Shown here piece by piece: positions 10,310 to 20,406 of a stretch of DNA of 64,000 bases. Every line of letters starts with the position of its first letter. Positions within the stretch are counted from its first letter, which is position 1. The translations under genes were made by a program, and so were the position numbers. A model generated the notes under the pieces. That model saw only the letters and a program-made list of their open reading frames with translations, was not told where the DNA came from and ran no database searches. The DNA is from an uncultured bacterium (GTDB lineage: Bacteria; Chloroflexota; UBA5177; JANWHV01): assembly GCA_963827235.1 (NCBI GenBank), contig CAWHAE010000009.1:832001-896000 (forward strand), written 5' to 3'.

Positions 10310-10987
10310 TCAGGTGCGCAAGTTCCCTCTGGCCTCAAAGCTTGCCGCTCGTATATGTGAGGCATGCAGCAGCTCGGGTGGCACGACCTTAGGTCCTCCG
10401 ATGGATCCGGCGAGGATGGCGACCTGCGCCGCTTCCTCGACGATCACATTCATCTGCACGGCCATGGCTGGAGTGGTGTGAAAGCACAGCACGCCGTGGT
10501 TGGCCAGGAGGACGGCGCGCGTCCTGGCCGTGAGGGCGGCCCGGATGTTCTGCACCGCCTGCTCGGAGCCGCGAGCACCGTACGGTGCCAGCGGCACGCC
10601 ATCCTCCAGGCCAAAGATGCCGAATGCCTCGGTCCAGCCCTCGATCGGCCGGTTGGCTACCGCAAAGGCAGTCGCGAACGGCGAATGGGTGTGCAGCACA
10701 CAGCCGGTATCAGGACGTTCCTGATAGATGGCTGTGTGCATGGGGATGACGGCGGCAGCTATCGGTGGCACCTCGCCCTCCAAAATGCTGCCGTCAAGAT
10801 GCAGGCGCACGATGCTCGAGTCCTGGAAACCGTTGAGAGTCGATGCCGTGGTGTAGAGAATCTCGTCGCGTTCCGGCACGCGGACGCTGATGTTGCCGTG
10901 TCCGGACATGGAAATCGCCCCGCTCCGCACAATGGCCTGCGCTGTCTCAACCAACTGGGCATACAGCACGCGAATATCTGGCGGCAT
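10310..10987 (-). CDS. Class II aldolase/adducin family protein
   Basis: GHGNISVR, MHTAIY, VLHTHSP and LLANHG Zn-binding motifs. Confidence 0.9.
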   Translation of the reverse strand: MPPDIRVLYAQLVETAQAIVRSGAISMSGHGNISVRVPERDEILYTTASTLNGFQDSSIVRLHLDGSILEGEVPPIAAAVIPMHTAIYQERPDTGCVLHTHSPFATAFAVANRPIEGWTEAFGIFGLEDGVPLAPYGARGSEQAVQNIRAALTARTRAVLLANHGVLCFHTTPAMAVQMNVIVEEAAQVAILAGSIGGPKVVPPELLHASHIRAASFEARGNLRT

Positions 10988-10993
10988 AGATCC

Positions 10994-11155
10994 TCATCCC
11001 TTGTCTACCACGCAACCCCCGGCCGCGATCGGCTCGCCTTTCAGTTGCGACAAGGATCGTAGCGCATGGCACGATAGGAAGCTTCCTGCGAGCTTGTCAT
11101 CGACGAATGCGGCTTCGCCGCGTTCCCAGCTCACATCCACGAAGTGCTTCGCCAT
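10994..11155 (-). pseudogene. Internally deleted OsmC-family relic (53 aa)
   Basis: MAKHFVDVSWERGEAAFVDDK...FLSCHAL...IAAGGCVVDK aligns in pieces to the OsmC at 4286-4765. Confidence 0.7.
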
Positions 11156-11439
11156 CGATTTCGCCGCGGGATCTCGTGCATCGATCCGAGCTCAGCGCGC
11201 CGCCGAATACTGGCGGGCTGGCGCGCCGAGCCTGTCTCCGCCAGCGAGAATAAGCACAGGCGGGGCCACCCGAGGATGCCCGCGCTCGATGCCAGGCAGA
11301 ACGGCGAAGCAAGACCGATCGGGGGGTGGCGCGAGGATGCATGCACTGCCACAATAGACGCTGCTCGTGCAGGAAATGTATCATGTGCCGGGCACCTTAT
11401 GCGATGCGTCTACTCGTAGCCTGCCAGGAGGTTCTCCCG

Positions 11440-11712
11440 ATGCTTCACGCGAAACGCCGCGCCTACTATGGCGCGTGTGAGCAGTACCTGCAGACGCCGT
11501 CTCTCGCCCTTGCCAGGCAGCTGCATGGCCATGCCGAGGAAGTACGCGTGGGCTTCGTCGAGGCAGGCGACGGCGACAACGCCTCACTGTGGGCGCACAA
11601 CGTCGCCTACTGGCTCGACGTGCTGCATCGGGCAGGCATCTTTCCCTCCCCTCGCCCCGCGCCTGCCGCGCCGCTGGCGATGGCGAGCGCGGCGGAGCTG
11701 GATGCATCCTGA
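11440..11712 (+). CDS. Hypothetical protein (~90 aa)
   Basis: AGGAGG RBS, GC3-biased codons, no recognised family. Confidence 0.55.
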   Translation: MLHAKRRAYYGACEQYLQTPSLALARQLHGHAEEVRVGFVEAGDGDNASLWAHNVAYWLDVLHRAGIFPSPRPAPAAPLAMASAAELDAS

Positions 11713-11838
11713 ACCGCTCCAAAGGAGAAGTCCACACCCTGTAGGGGCGTGCGCGCCGCGCCCTCCTTCCGGCGGCTCCTGCCTCGAGAGTCCGCCGGCA
11801 CGGGAGAATTCGCCACATGCCCGGCTGAATCCCCGGGG

Positions 11839-12582
11839 TTACTGCTTGGTGATCGTCCAGCCGCCGTCGACCACGAGAGCAGCGCCGGTGACGTACGAGG
11901 CATCAGCGGAGGCCAGGAAGCAGGCAACCGCTGCGACCTCCTCGGGCCTGCCGATACGCCTGGCCACCAGGTGCCGCTCGAACTCAGCGCGTGTCTCCGG
12001 GGTGAATGCCGACGCCGGCGTGTCGATCGCGCCCGGCAATACCGCGTTGACCCGGACCTCCGGGCCGTATTCCACGGCCAGCTGGCGCGTCAACGCACAT
12101 ATGGCGCCCTTTGCGGCAGCGTACGCCGGGTGACCAGCCACGCCGACGAGCGCGTGCACCGACGAGATGTTCACCATCGAACCGCCTGAGCTCTGCAGCG
12201 CCGGCATACAGACCCGCACCGACAGATACACCTGTTTCAGGCAGACGGCGATCTGCCGATCCCAGGCATCTTCAGGCAGCTCGTGCGCCGGAGCAGTGAC
12301 CAGCGTGTAGGCATTGTTGACCACGATGTCGAGGCACCCAAAGCGTGTGAGCACGCGGGCACCAAGCGCCTGCCAGTCCTGCATCGTGGCGACGTCGCAG
12401 TGCCGGTAGATCGCCTCGTGGCCCCGCCCGACGAGCTCACGGACCAGCGCCTCACCCTGCTCGTCCCGTACGTCCGCCACGACGACCCGTGCCCCCTCCG
12501 ATGCCAGTCGCCGTGCGGTGGCGGCGCCGATGCCGCTGGCCGCGCCGGTAACGATGGCGACCTTCTCTTCGAATTGCGACAC
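11839..12582 (-). CDS. SDR family NAD(P)-dependent oxidoreductase
   Basis: TGAASGIG, VNNA, YAAAKG, VNAVLPG, VDGG. Confidence 0.95.
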   Translation of the reverse strand: MSQFEEKVAIVTGAASGIGAATARRLASEGARVVVADVRDEQGEALVRELVGRGHEAIYRHCDVATMQDWQALGARVLTRFGCLDIVVNNAYTLVTAPAHELPEDAWDRQIAVCLKQVYLSVRVCMPALQSSGGSMVNISSVHALVGVAGHPAYAAAKGAICALTRQLAVEYGPEVRVNAVLPGAIDTPASAFTPETRAEFERHLVARRIGRPEEVAAVACFLASADASYVTGAALVVDGGWTITKQ

Positions 12583-12706
12583 GGCTCGTCCTTCTCAACC
12601 CCTTCGGCACATCGCGGCAGTAGCGCAGCAGTCCGCGAAGCCGCAAAACGGCCCGTGGCGGTGCCGCGCTTCCGGCCCAGGCCGGGACCCCACCGGATTG
12701 GTGCGT

Positions 12707-13894
12707 TCAGCGCGCCCGTGCGCTCCTGCTACCCTCCGTCGCCGTTCTCGGCAAGGCGCCGAGCCCGCCGTCATTGGGCGACAACGGATATCCGCCATAC
12801 TCCTCGACCAGCTCGCTGACACGCTCGACACGCTCGATGAGCGTCAACGGCATTGCATTGTCCGCGATGCCAAGAATGAAGGCGTCACCCGGCGCCACAG
12901 TCCGGAATATGCCGCGGACGTACTCCTCGAATTGCTCCTCGGGCGTCGTGGCCTCCAATAGAGTCGATGGCAAGGCTCCCCAGATAATCACGTCGTTGCC
13001 CCATGCTGCGCGGGCCTGTGCGAGCGTACAGCGTACCATCGGCTGGGTGGTAAAGCATTCTGCCATGTCAAAGCCCGCATCCCTGACATGCGGCAGGATC
13101 AAGCGCGAGTCGTTGTCGGCATGAAACGCCAGCGACTTGCCATGGGCATGCAGGATGGCCGAGAACTCGCGGTAGTACGGCTCGATGTACTGAGCAAAGA
13201 GGCGGGGCGGCGTGAGCTGGGAATCGAAGTGCACGCCGTGCAAGATCAGGCGCGCCTCGGAGCCGGCGACGACCGGCCACAGCCGCTCGCGGTCGCAGTC
13301 GGTCATGACCCGCAACAGTCGCTCGACGCGGTGCGGCCGGTCGAACAGCTCGAGATGGCCCTGCTGATAGCCGGCCAGGCTCATCAGGAAGCAGTGGAAG
13401 GGGCAGTCGCCTGCATCTACCAACGGCAGGCCGTCCTCGCCAATGCCGGCATCATAGGCGCGATAGGCCTCGGGCATGGGATCGTAGTAGGTATGCTCCG
13501 CCACGTATTCCCAGACGTCGTAGTCGCGCTCGCCTTTGATAGGGTACTCCACGTCGAGCCCATCGTCCGCGTAGCCGACCAGCGACTCAGCGAGCTCGAC
13601 ACGTCTGGACACGGTGCCGAATGGGGTCACGTAGCGCGTGGTCGAAACTCGTCCCTCGCGCTTGGTGACGATCTCCACGCCCTCGTAGCGCACCGCGAAG
13701 ATGCGCCCATCACGAGCGGGAGTGCCCACTCTCAGGGCATGTTCGACGTCGCGCAGCGTCATGCCTGCGAATCGCGCCGGCATGGTGCCTTCAGCACGAC
13801 GTGCGTTGTACCAGAGCTGCAGACGCGGAATCCAGGGGATACGGTCGGGGCTCTTGCCGTCGAGAATGGCAAGCAGCCGCCGGCGATTCGTCAT
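12707..13894 (-). CDS. Uroporphyrinogen decarboxylase / MtaA-like family protein
   Basis: MTNRRRLLAILDGKSPDRIPWIPR, EYPIK, FHADND, IIWGALPS, FILGIADN. Confidence 0.8.
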   Translation of the reverse strand: MTNRRRLLAILDGKSPDRIPWIPRLQLWYNARRAEGTMPARFAGMTLRDVEHALRVGTPARDGRIFAVRYEGVEIVTKREGRVSTTRYVTPFGTVSRRVELAESLVGYADDGLDVEYPIKGERDYDVWEYVAEHTYYDPMPEAYRAYDAGIGEDGLPLVDAGDCPFHCFLMSLAGYQQGHLELFDRPHRVERLLRVMTDCDRERLWPVVAGSEARLILHGVHFDSQLTPPRLFAQYIEPYYREFSAILHAHGKSLAFHADNDSRLILPHVRDAGFDMAECFTTQPMVRCTLAQARAAWGNDVIIWGALPSTLLEATTPEEQFEEYVRGIFRTVAPGDAFILGIADNAMPLTLIERVERVSELVEEYGGYPLSPNDGGLGALPRTATEGSRSARAR

Positions 13895-13940
13895 CACCAC
13901 GCCACCTCTTTGCGAGACGCCGTAACAGGACACTGTTCGC

Positions 13941-13952
13941 ACTGTTAACAGT
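13941..13952. promoter_or_regulatory. Perfect palindrome ACTGTTAACAGT, putative operator
   Basis: 12-bp palindrome ~47 bp upstream of the URO-D-like start, with a neighbouring cactgtt half-site. Confidence 0.4.
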
Positions 13953-14148
13953 CTACGGCATCGCTGGTCCCGGACGCACAGGAGTACACGTCGCAGTCGC
14001 TCACTGCGCCGGGCGATTTCCGCTGGGGAAGAGGCTGGTGTAATATCGAACACTGTGTTGTACGCGCGCATGGAGCAGGACTATGCTGGTGCTGGATCGC
14101 CGGATGCCGGCAGGACCGGTGTCGTCGGGGCGACGCGTGGAGATGCCG

Positions 14149-15111
14149 ATGAGCACGGTCACTGCGCAGACCAGCCTTGAAATCTGCGATCTGCGCAAAG
14201 TCTACGGCAAGGGGGTTATTGCCAACGACGGTATCTCGCTGCACGTGGCGCCGGGCGAGGTGTACGGCTTGCTCGGCCCCAATGGTGCCGGCAAGTCGAC
14301 GTTGGTCAAGCAGATCATCGGTCTGCTCAAGCCTACCTCGGGCACCATTCGGCTGGGCTCCTACGATCTGGTCCGCTATCCGGCGGTGGCGCGGCAGCTC
14401 TGCTCGTACCTGCCGCAGGCGCAGATGCCGATCGAGTCTCTCAAGGTGCGCGAGGCGATTCAGATCACGGGGCTGATCCGCGGCGGCCCGCGCGAGCTGG
14501 TAAAGCAACGCACGGACGAGCTGATCGATGCTCTCGAGCTGGGCGAATGGCGCGGCGCAATCGGCATGAAGCTATCCGGCGGCGTGCGCAGGTTGGTGGG
14601 CTTCGCCATGGTCACCGTGTATCCGGGAAGCCTGGTGATCCTGGACGAGCCCACCAATGACGTCGATCCGTTGCGGCGGCGCCTGCTCTGGGAACAGGTA
14701 CGGCGGCTGGCGGACGGCGGCGTGGCGGTGGCCCTGGTGACCCACAACGTGTTGGAGGCCGAAAAAGCCGTAGACCGGCTTGCCATCATCGACAACGGCC
14801 GCATGATTGCGGAAGGCACGCCGTCGTCGCTCAAGGCAGACGCGCGCGGCCGGCTCCGTCTGCAGGTGATGCTGGTGCCGGGCACCACCACCCCGGAGCT
14901 GCCGCCATTCGTCGAGCGCCAGGCACGCGTGGGCAATAATCTGGTGGCGGTCATCTCCGACGGCGACGCTGCTCCAGGCATTGCATGGGCCCAGGAACTG
15001 GTGGACGCGGGTACTGCGGAGGAGTATGCCCTGGGCGCGACGACCCTGGAAGACGTGTACGTCCGCCTGACGGGCCACGGCTCGCTCGACAGCGTGAAGC
15101 CGAGCGTCTGA
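14149..15111 (+). CDS. ABC exporter ATP-binding protein (DrrA-like)
   Basis: GPNGAGKST, LSGG, ILDEPT, VTHN. Confidence 0.93.
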   Translation: MSTVTAQTSLEICDLRKVYGKGVIANDGISLHVAPGEVYGLLGPNGAGKSTLVKQIIGLLKPTSGTIRLGSYDLVRYPAVARQLCSYLPQAQMPIESLKVREAIQITGLIRGGPRELVKQRTDELIDALELGEWRGAIGMKLSGGVRRLVGFAMVTVYPGSLVILDEPTNDVDPLRRRLLWEQVRRLADGGVAVALVTHNVLEAEKAVDRLAIIDNGRMIAEGTPSSLKADARGRLRLQVMLVPGTTTPELPPFVERQARVGNNLVAVISDGDAAPGIAWAQELVDAGTAEEYALGATTLEDVYVRLTGHGSLDSVKPSV

Positions 15112-15920
15112 TGGAGAGTGCGGCGGGCGCGAGGGTGTGGTCCCCGATACCGGTGATGGCGCAACCGCGCGAGGGGCCGGCGTACTGGGGACGATCCTAC
15201 CTGGCAATGCTTCGCTGGCAGTTTGCCAGCATGCGCGTCTTGCTGGCGGTGATCGTGCTCGTGCAGATTCTGACCGGCGTGGGCCTGGTGCTGAGCTTCG
15301 GCTTGTTCTTTCCCACCCATATTCCGGTTGCCGCCGCGCTCTACGTCAGCACGGGCGCTCCCATCATCAACCTCTACGTCGTGGGGCTCGTCGTAGGCCC
15401 TCAGGTCGTGGCCCAGCAGCGGTTTTCGCATACCTACGACTACGTGCAGTCCATGCCCGTACCGGCGGCGGTAGCGGCGCTGGCCTGGTACACCGTTACG
15501 CTGTTTATGGGGCTGCCGGCTATGGTCGCCAGTCTTTTGGTCGCCGTCATTCGCTATCCCATCCACCTCACCGTTTCGCTCTCCATCGTTCCCGCCGTGC
15601 TGCTCATCTGTGCTACGGCCACGTTTACGGGCTCAGCGCTGGCCTACGCCGTGCAGCAGCCGATGATCACGCAGGTTCTCACGCAGGTCCTCAACGTGTT
15701 CGTGATCGGCTTTTCGCCCGTTTGCTTCCCCAGCGCGCAGCTCCCGGATTGGCTCGCCAGGCTGAATACTGTGCTGCCGTTCGCGCACATGGCTACCGTC
15801 ATGCACGGTGCCCTGGCGCCCACACTGGCGGATGATGTTGGACGCTCGTACCTGGTGCTCGTGGCCTGGACGATAGTCACCGCCGCGATCGCCGGCCTGT
15901 CTATGTTGAAGCGGGGATGA
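15111..15920 (+). CDS. ABC-2 type permease
   Basis: About 6 TM helices; FSPVCFP..QLPDWL; start overlaps the ATPase stop. Confidence 0.88.
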   Translation: MESAAGARVWSPIPVMAQPREGPAYWGRSYLAMLRWQFASMRVLLAVIVLVQILTGVGLVLSFGLFFPTHIPVAAALYVSTGAPIINLYVVGLVVGPQVVAQQRFSHTYDYVQSMPVPAAVAALAWYTVTLFMGLPAMVASLLVAVIRYPIHLTVSLSIVPAVLLICATATFTGSALAYAVQQPMITQVLTQVLNVFVIGFSPVCFPSAQLPDWLARLNTVLPFAHMATVMHGALAPTLADDVGRSYLVLVAWTIVTAAIAGLSMLKRG

Positions 15921-15923
15921 GCC

Positions 15924-16736
15924 ATGCCGATTGATCCGAGCGCGACGGAAGGGCGGACGGCTGCGCTCGCGATCGATCGCTGGCCCGGCAATACGCCTTC
16001 CTGGTACCTGCGCAGCTATCTCCAGATGCTGCGTTTTGACTTTGCCAGTCAGCGCGCCTGGCTGCCGTTCACCGCGATCATGCAGATCCTGCTGGGCGCC
16101 GGCATGGCCGTGGTGTACGGCTTCTACGTGCCACACCTGCCAAAGCGGTCTCTGTTGTACCTGGTGACGGGCGCTCCGACGCTGGCTCTGATCCCGGTCG
16201 GACTGGTAATGGTCCCTGCCCTGGTGAGTCAGCAGAAGACAGAGGGCATGTTCGACTTCATCTGGTCGCTGCCGGTGTCGCGTGTCGTCTCGACGGCTTC
16301 CTCGCTTACCATCTTCACTCTGGTGGCCTTGCCGGGCAGCTGTGTGACCGTCGTGCTTGCCGCCTGGCGCTACCAGGTCAACCTATCGATCTCGCCGTCC
16401 GTGGTGCCGGCGGTGCTGCTCACGGCGCTCATGTCGGCGTCCGTGGGCACCGGGCTGGCACACGGCATCAACAATCCCGTGGTCACGAACCTGATTACCA
16501 ACGCGCTCGTCTTCGTCGTCCTGCTCTTTTCGCCGATAGCCTTCCCCAGGTCGCAGTTTCCAACCTGGCTGGCCGACGTGCACGAAGTGTTGCCGCTCTA
16601 TCACATGGGCGTGGTGATCAGAGCCGGTCTGTCCAACGGCCTCGTCTCCGACGTGTGGCTGTCCTATCTGGTACTCGTGGCCTGGACATGCGCAGGCTGG
16701 TCGGTCACCGCCCTGATCGTCGGCCGGCGCGGTTAA
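15924..16736 (+). CDS. ABC-2 type permease (paralogue)
   Basis: About 6 TM helices; FSPIAFP..QFPTWL. Confidence 0.88.
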   Translation: MPIDPSATEGRTAALAIDRWPGNTPSWYLRSYLQMLRFDFASQRAWLPFTAIMQILLGAGMAVVYGFYVPHLPKRSLLYLVTGAPTLALIPVGLVMVPALVSQQKTEGMFDFIWSLPVSRVVSTASSLTIFTLVALPGSCVTVVLAAWRYQVNLSISPSVVPAVLLTALMSASVGTGLAHGINNPVVTNLITNALVFVVLLFSPIAFPRSQFPTWLADVHEVLPLYHMGVVIRAGLSNGLVSDVWLSYLVLVAWTCAGWSVTALIVGRRG

Positions 16737-16751
16737 GGCGTCGTGGCGATC

Positions 16752-17531
16752 TCACCCGGCATGCAGATGGGTGACATCCAGCTCGCAGAGCAGCAGGTCT
16801 GCTCTGTTGGTCGGTCCTTGCAGGACTTTCTGACCGTGCGGTCCAAACACGAGGCTGTCTCCCTGCAGGACCTTGCCCTTCCAGGGACCTTCGGTGACCG
16901 GTCCCACACCGTTGGCCGCGACAAGGTACAGGGATTTCTCCAGCGTGTGCGATCGGTAGATCTGGCTGATCCACTCCACGTTGGCCGCTTCTCCTCCCGG
17001 CTCGATGGCCCAGGCGCAGGGTGAGACCACGATCTGGGCACCCATCAGATACAGGCTTTCGACCAGATGGGGCGTCCAGCTATCCGCACAGATGTCTATC
17101 CCCACGGTGAGACCTTCGAGATCGACCACGTGCAGCGATCTGCCCCTGCTATAGATCTGGAGTCCTACCGGCAGCTCGTTGATCTTGCGATGCTTGAGGA
17201 CGATGCTGCCGCCACGATCGATCAGCACGGCGCTATTGTAGAGTGTGTCGCCTTCTCGTTCCTCTATCCCTGCCACGATGGCCAGGTGATACCGGCGGGC
17301 AAGGTGGCCGAGCGATTTGGTTACGGCACCCGGGATGGGCTCGGCTTCGCTCGAAGCGGCGGGAGAGAGCCAGCCCGCGAGCGCGCATTCCGGCAGGACG
17401 ATGAGGTCGCATTGTGCCGCGGCGGCAGATTCGACTGCCTGCTCCATGGCGCGAATATTGGCCGTCTTGTCACCCATCGCGATCGAGATCTGGCCGAGGG
17501 CAACCCGTAACGAACGGTGTATGCGAGACAT
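16752..17531 (-). CDS. Carbon-nitrogen hydrolase (nitrilase superfamily)
   Basis: Catalytic triad E (VLPEC), K (HRKINE), C (DICAD). Confidence 0.92.
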   Translation of the reverse strand: MSRIHRSLRVALGQISIAMGDKTANIRAMEQAVESAAAAQCDLIVLPECALAGWLSPAASSEAEPIPGAVTKSLGHLARRYHLAIVAGIEEREGDTLYNSAVLIDRGGSIVLKHRKINELPVGLQIYSRGRSLHVVDLEGLTVGIDICADSWTPHLVESLYLMGAQIVVSPCAWAIEPGGEAANVEWISQIYRSHTLEKSLYLVAANGVGPVTEGPWKGKVLQGDSLVFGPHGQKVLQGPTNRADLLLCELDVTHLHAG

Positions 17532-17572
17532 CGCCTGCCTCCTTCCGGGTCTTCCTGTCCCCCGCAGAGACG

Positions 17573-19108
17573 CTATGCCTTATCCAGCACTCCGTCCAAG
17601 CTTGGCAGCTGCAGCCGGAACGTGCTGCCGTCGGATCCCGTCTTCTCCAGATCGATATTGCCGCCCATGGCCACGGCAAGCTCGCGCGAGATATAAAGCC
17701 CTAGCCCGGTGCCAACCCTGCCGGCCCGCATCCTGCTGCCGGCAACGCGGCCAAACCGCGTGAAAAGACGCTCGCGGCCGTCCTCGGGCACTCCGGGTCC
17801 GTGATCGCGAATCCGCACGGCGACCAGAGCGCCCTCCTGCCGCCACGAAATGGAGATTGGCCCGCCGTCGGGCGAGTACTTCGCCGCGTTGTCGATCACG
17901 TTGGCAAGTATCTGAATGACGCGGGCCTGGTCGGCGCACACCGATAGATCGGAGGGCCCCTGCAGGTCCACAACCTGGCCGGCATAGTAGCCGATCACCT
18001 CGTCGGCCGCTCGGTGCACCAGCGGAGCGAGCAGTAGGGGCTGGCAATCTACCAGGAGGGGCTCGTAGTCCAGCCTCGTGAGCAGTAACAGATCCTCGAC
18101 CAGGCGTTGCTGACGACTGGCGGCACGGACGATGCAGGCGACCCAGCCCAGGCGCTGCCTATCTTCCAGGCCGGGCCACCGGGCCTGGAGAAGCTCGGCG
18201 TATCCCAGGATCGAGGTGAGCGGTGTTCGCAGCTCGTGGCTGACCGCCATCACGAAGTCCCTCTGCCGCTGCGCTAGCTCCTCGGCTGCGCTCGCCCTGT
18301 CCTTCTCGGCGAGGTAGAGCCGTTCGTGCAGCTCGGCCAACGTGCGCTCGGCGAGACGTTGTCCGGTCCTGTCGTCGACGAGGGCGATCACGTAGTCGCG
18401 CTCGCCGCGCATGTCGTGAGCAAGCGACAGGCTGACCTGGCAGATTCGCGCGCCGGCTGAGGTCGCGATCGTCACCTCCCGGCTGATCTCGGCAGTCCGC
18501 GCCTCGGACACCGACCGCAGGTCATCGGCGGAGACCTGGTCGACCCAATGCGTGAACGGCCTCGTGCAAAGCTCTGCCTCACCGCGGCCGAGCAGATCCT
18601 GCATTCGCGAGTTTGCGCGTAGTACCGATCCGTCGTCGACCGCCAGGTGGGCCATGCCGATGCCCGCCTGCTCAAAGGCGCCGCGGAACCGTCGCTCGCT
18701 TTCGATCAGATTTCGCCGGCTGAGGCAGCTTTCCAGGGCATTGCGCAAAGTGAGGCGAACTTCGGCCTCGCTCCATGGCTTGCGAAAGTAGTAATAGATC
18801 TTGCCGAGGTTGACTGCGGCGACCACGGCGTCTATGTCCGCGTAACCAGTGAGGATCATGCGCATGGTATCCGGATACTCGACGGCAACCCGCTCGAGAA
18901 ATTCGACGCCGCTTTGTCCCGGCATGCGTTGATCGGAGACGATCAGGGGGATGTCCCGGCTGCGCAGGAGCGCATAGGCATCTTCGGTATTCTCGGCGAT
19001 CAGCACGTCGTACGTATCGCGCAACAGTGCCCGAAATGCGATCAGGTTCGGGCGCTCGTCGTCGACGTAGAGCACCTTCGGCTTGACGCTGGATCTCGCC
19101 TGAGTCAC
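17573..19108 (-). CDS. Hybrid REC-PAS-histidine kinase
   Basis: VLYVDDE...SDQRMP; PAS FEQAGIGMA; SHELRTPL; NAAKYS; GTGLGL. Confidence 0.92.
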   Translation of the reverse strand: MTQARSSVKPKVLYVDDERPNLIAFRALLRDTYDVLIAENTEDAYALLRSRDIPLIVSDQRMPGQSGVEFLERVAVEYPDTMRMILTGYADIDAVVAAVNLGKIYYYFRKPWSEAEVRLTLRNALESCLSRRNLIESERRFRGAFEQAGIGMAHLAVDDGSVLRANSRMQDLLGRGEAELCTRPFTHWVDQVSADDLRSVSEARTAEISREVTIATSAGARICQVSLSLAHDMRGERDYVIALVDDRTGQRLAERTLAELHERLYLAEKDRASAAEELAQRQRDFVMAVSHELRTPLTSILGYAELLQARWPGLEDRQRLGWVACIVRAASRQQRLVEDLLLLTRLDYEPLLVDCQPLLLAPLVHRAADEVIGYYAGQVVDLQGPSDLSVCADQARVIQILANVIDNAAKYSPDGGPISISWRQEGALVAVRIRDHGPGVPEDGRERLFTRFGRVAGSRMRAGRVGTGLGLYISRELAVAMGGNIDLEKTGSDGSTFRLQLPSLDGVLDKA

Positions 19109-20406
19109 AGCTCGCCTCCTGTCCCGCTATTCTCGCGCTGAGGCAGGACGATACGAAATACGCTGCCATCCCCCGGCCGGCTTGTTACCTCGATGTGGCC
19201 GCCATGCTCGGCGACGATACCATGAGAGATTGCCAGCCCCAACCCGACCCCCTCGCCTACCTCTTTGGTCGTGAAGAAAGGCTCGAACAACCGCTGCACC
19301 GTCGCTTCATCCATTCCCACCCCGGTGTCGGCAATCTCCACGATAGCACACTGCTGTCCGGATCGGTCTTCCAGGAACGTCGTGACCCGGATCTCGTCCA
19401 ACCCGGGCTTCGGCTGGGCCAGAATGGCATCCCCCGCATTGGCCAGGATATTCATGAACACCTGGTTGAGCTTGCCGGGTTGGCAGAGCCAAGGTGGCAA
19501 ATCACCGTACCTCTTGACGACCCGAATGCGGCTCGAGAAACGGCTGTGCAGCAGCAACAGCGCGGCGTTGAGATTCTGGTGCAAGTCGGTCGGCTTGACT
19601 TCGGCCTCATCCAGACGCGAAAAGCTGCGCAGGCCTTGAACGATTTCGGCGGCCTTGTCAACCCCGAGGTAGGCGTTATCGACCAGCTCGTTCAGCGTCG
19701 TGCGGAGGTCTACTGGGTCGTTTGTGGACAACCACAGGCGAAGTCGCTGGACGACGCGGTCTGCAATCTCGGCGGGAGCGGCCGTACGTTGGATCTCCAG
19801 GCAGTCGGCGATCAGCTCGTCCAGGGGTGCGACCGTCCTTCTCAGAGCCTGCACGCTGGCGGCGACGAAGTTGAGCGGATTATTCAGCTCGTGCGCGACA
19901 CCAGCGGTGAGCACGCCAAGGGCAGCCATTTTCTCCGACTGTACCAGGTGAGTTTGAGCAAGCTTGAGCTGAGACAATGCGCGCGTCAGCGCCTGGTTCT
20001 TTTCTGCCAGAGCGGACTGGCTTCGCGCCAGGGCAAGGTGAGTTTCTACTCGAGCGAGGACTTCTTCGGCCTGGAACGGCTTCGTGATGTAGTCCCGGCC
20101 GCCTTCGCGAAACGCCTGCACCTTATCCGCCATGTCCGTCGCGGCGCTGATGAAGATGATCGGGATCGGCTGCAGGCGCTTGTCGGCCTGGATGGCACGG
20201 CAGACGGCAAAGCCATCCATATCCGGCATACCGATATCCAGCAGCACAACGTCCGGCGGCTGCGCACGAGCGGCAGCCAGCGCCACGGGACCGCTCAGTG
20301 CAGCCCGCACAGTGTGGCCCCGATTGGTCAGCAGACTGTCCAGGAGCTTGAGGTTGGCCGGGTTGTCGTCGACGACGAGGATATCGGCAGACTCAGGCGG
20401 TGTCAT
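19105..20406 (-). CDS. Hybrid REC-histidine kinase
   Basis: VVDDNP...DIGMP; QSEKMAALG..AHELNNP; FFTTKEVGEGVGLGL. Confidence 0.93.
   Translation of the reverse strand: MTPPESADILVVDDNPANLKLLDSLLTNRGHTVRAALSGPVALAAARAQPPDVVLLDIGMPDMDGFAVCRAIQADKRLQPIPIIFISAATDMADKVQAFREGGRDYITKPFQAEEVLARVETHLALARSQSALAEKNQALTRALSQLKLAQTHLVQSEKMAALGVLTAGVAHELNNPLNFVAASVQALRRTVAPLDELIADCLEIQRTAAPAEIADRVVQRLRLWLSTNDPVDLRTTLNELVDNAYLGVDKAAEIVQGLRSFSRLDEAEVKPTDLHQNLNAALLLLHSRFSSRIRVVKRYGDLPPWLCQPGKLNQVFMNILANAGDAILAQPKPGLDEIRVTTFLEDRSGQQCAIVEIADTGVGMDEATVQRLFEPFFTTKEVGEGVGLGLAISHGIVAEHGGHIEVTSRPGDGSVFRIVLPQRENSGTGGEL

Noticed and set aside
4181-11357. Shared 12-mer ctgccacaatag at 4181 and 11346
   Set aside because: Explained as a minus-strand TATTGT -10 context or by chance; too short to interpret
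11741-11764. GTAG-type REP-like hairpin (gtaggggcg...cgccct)
   Set aside because: Single short copy noticed and no RAYT transposase in the window
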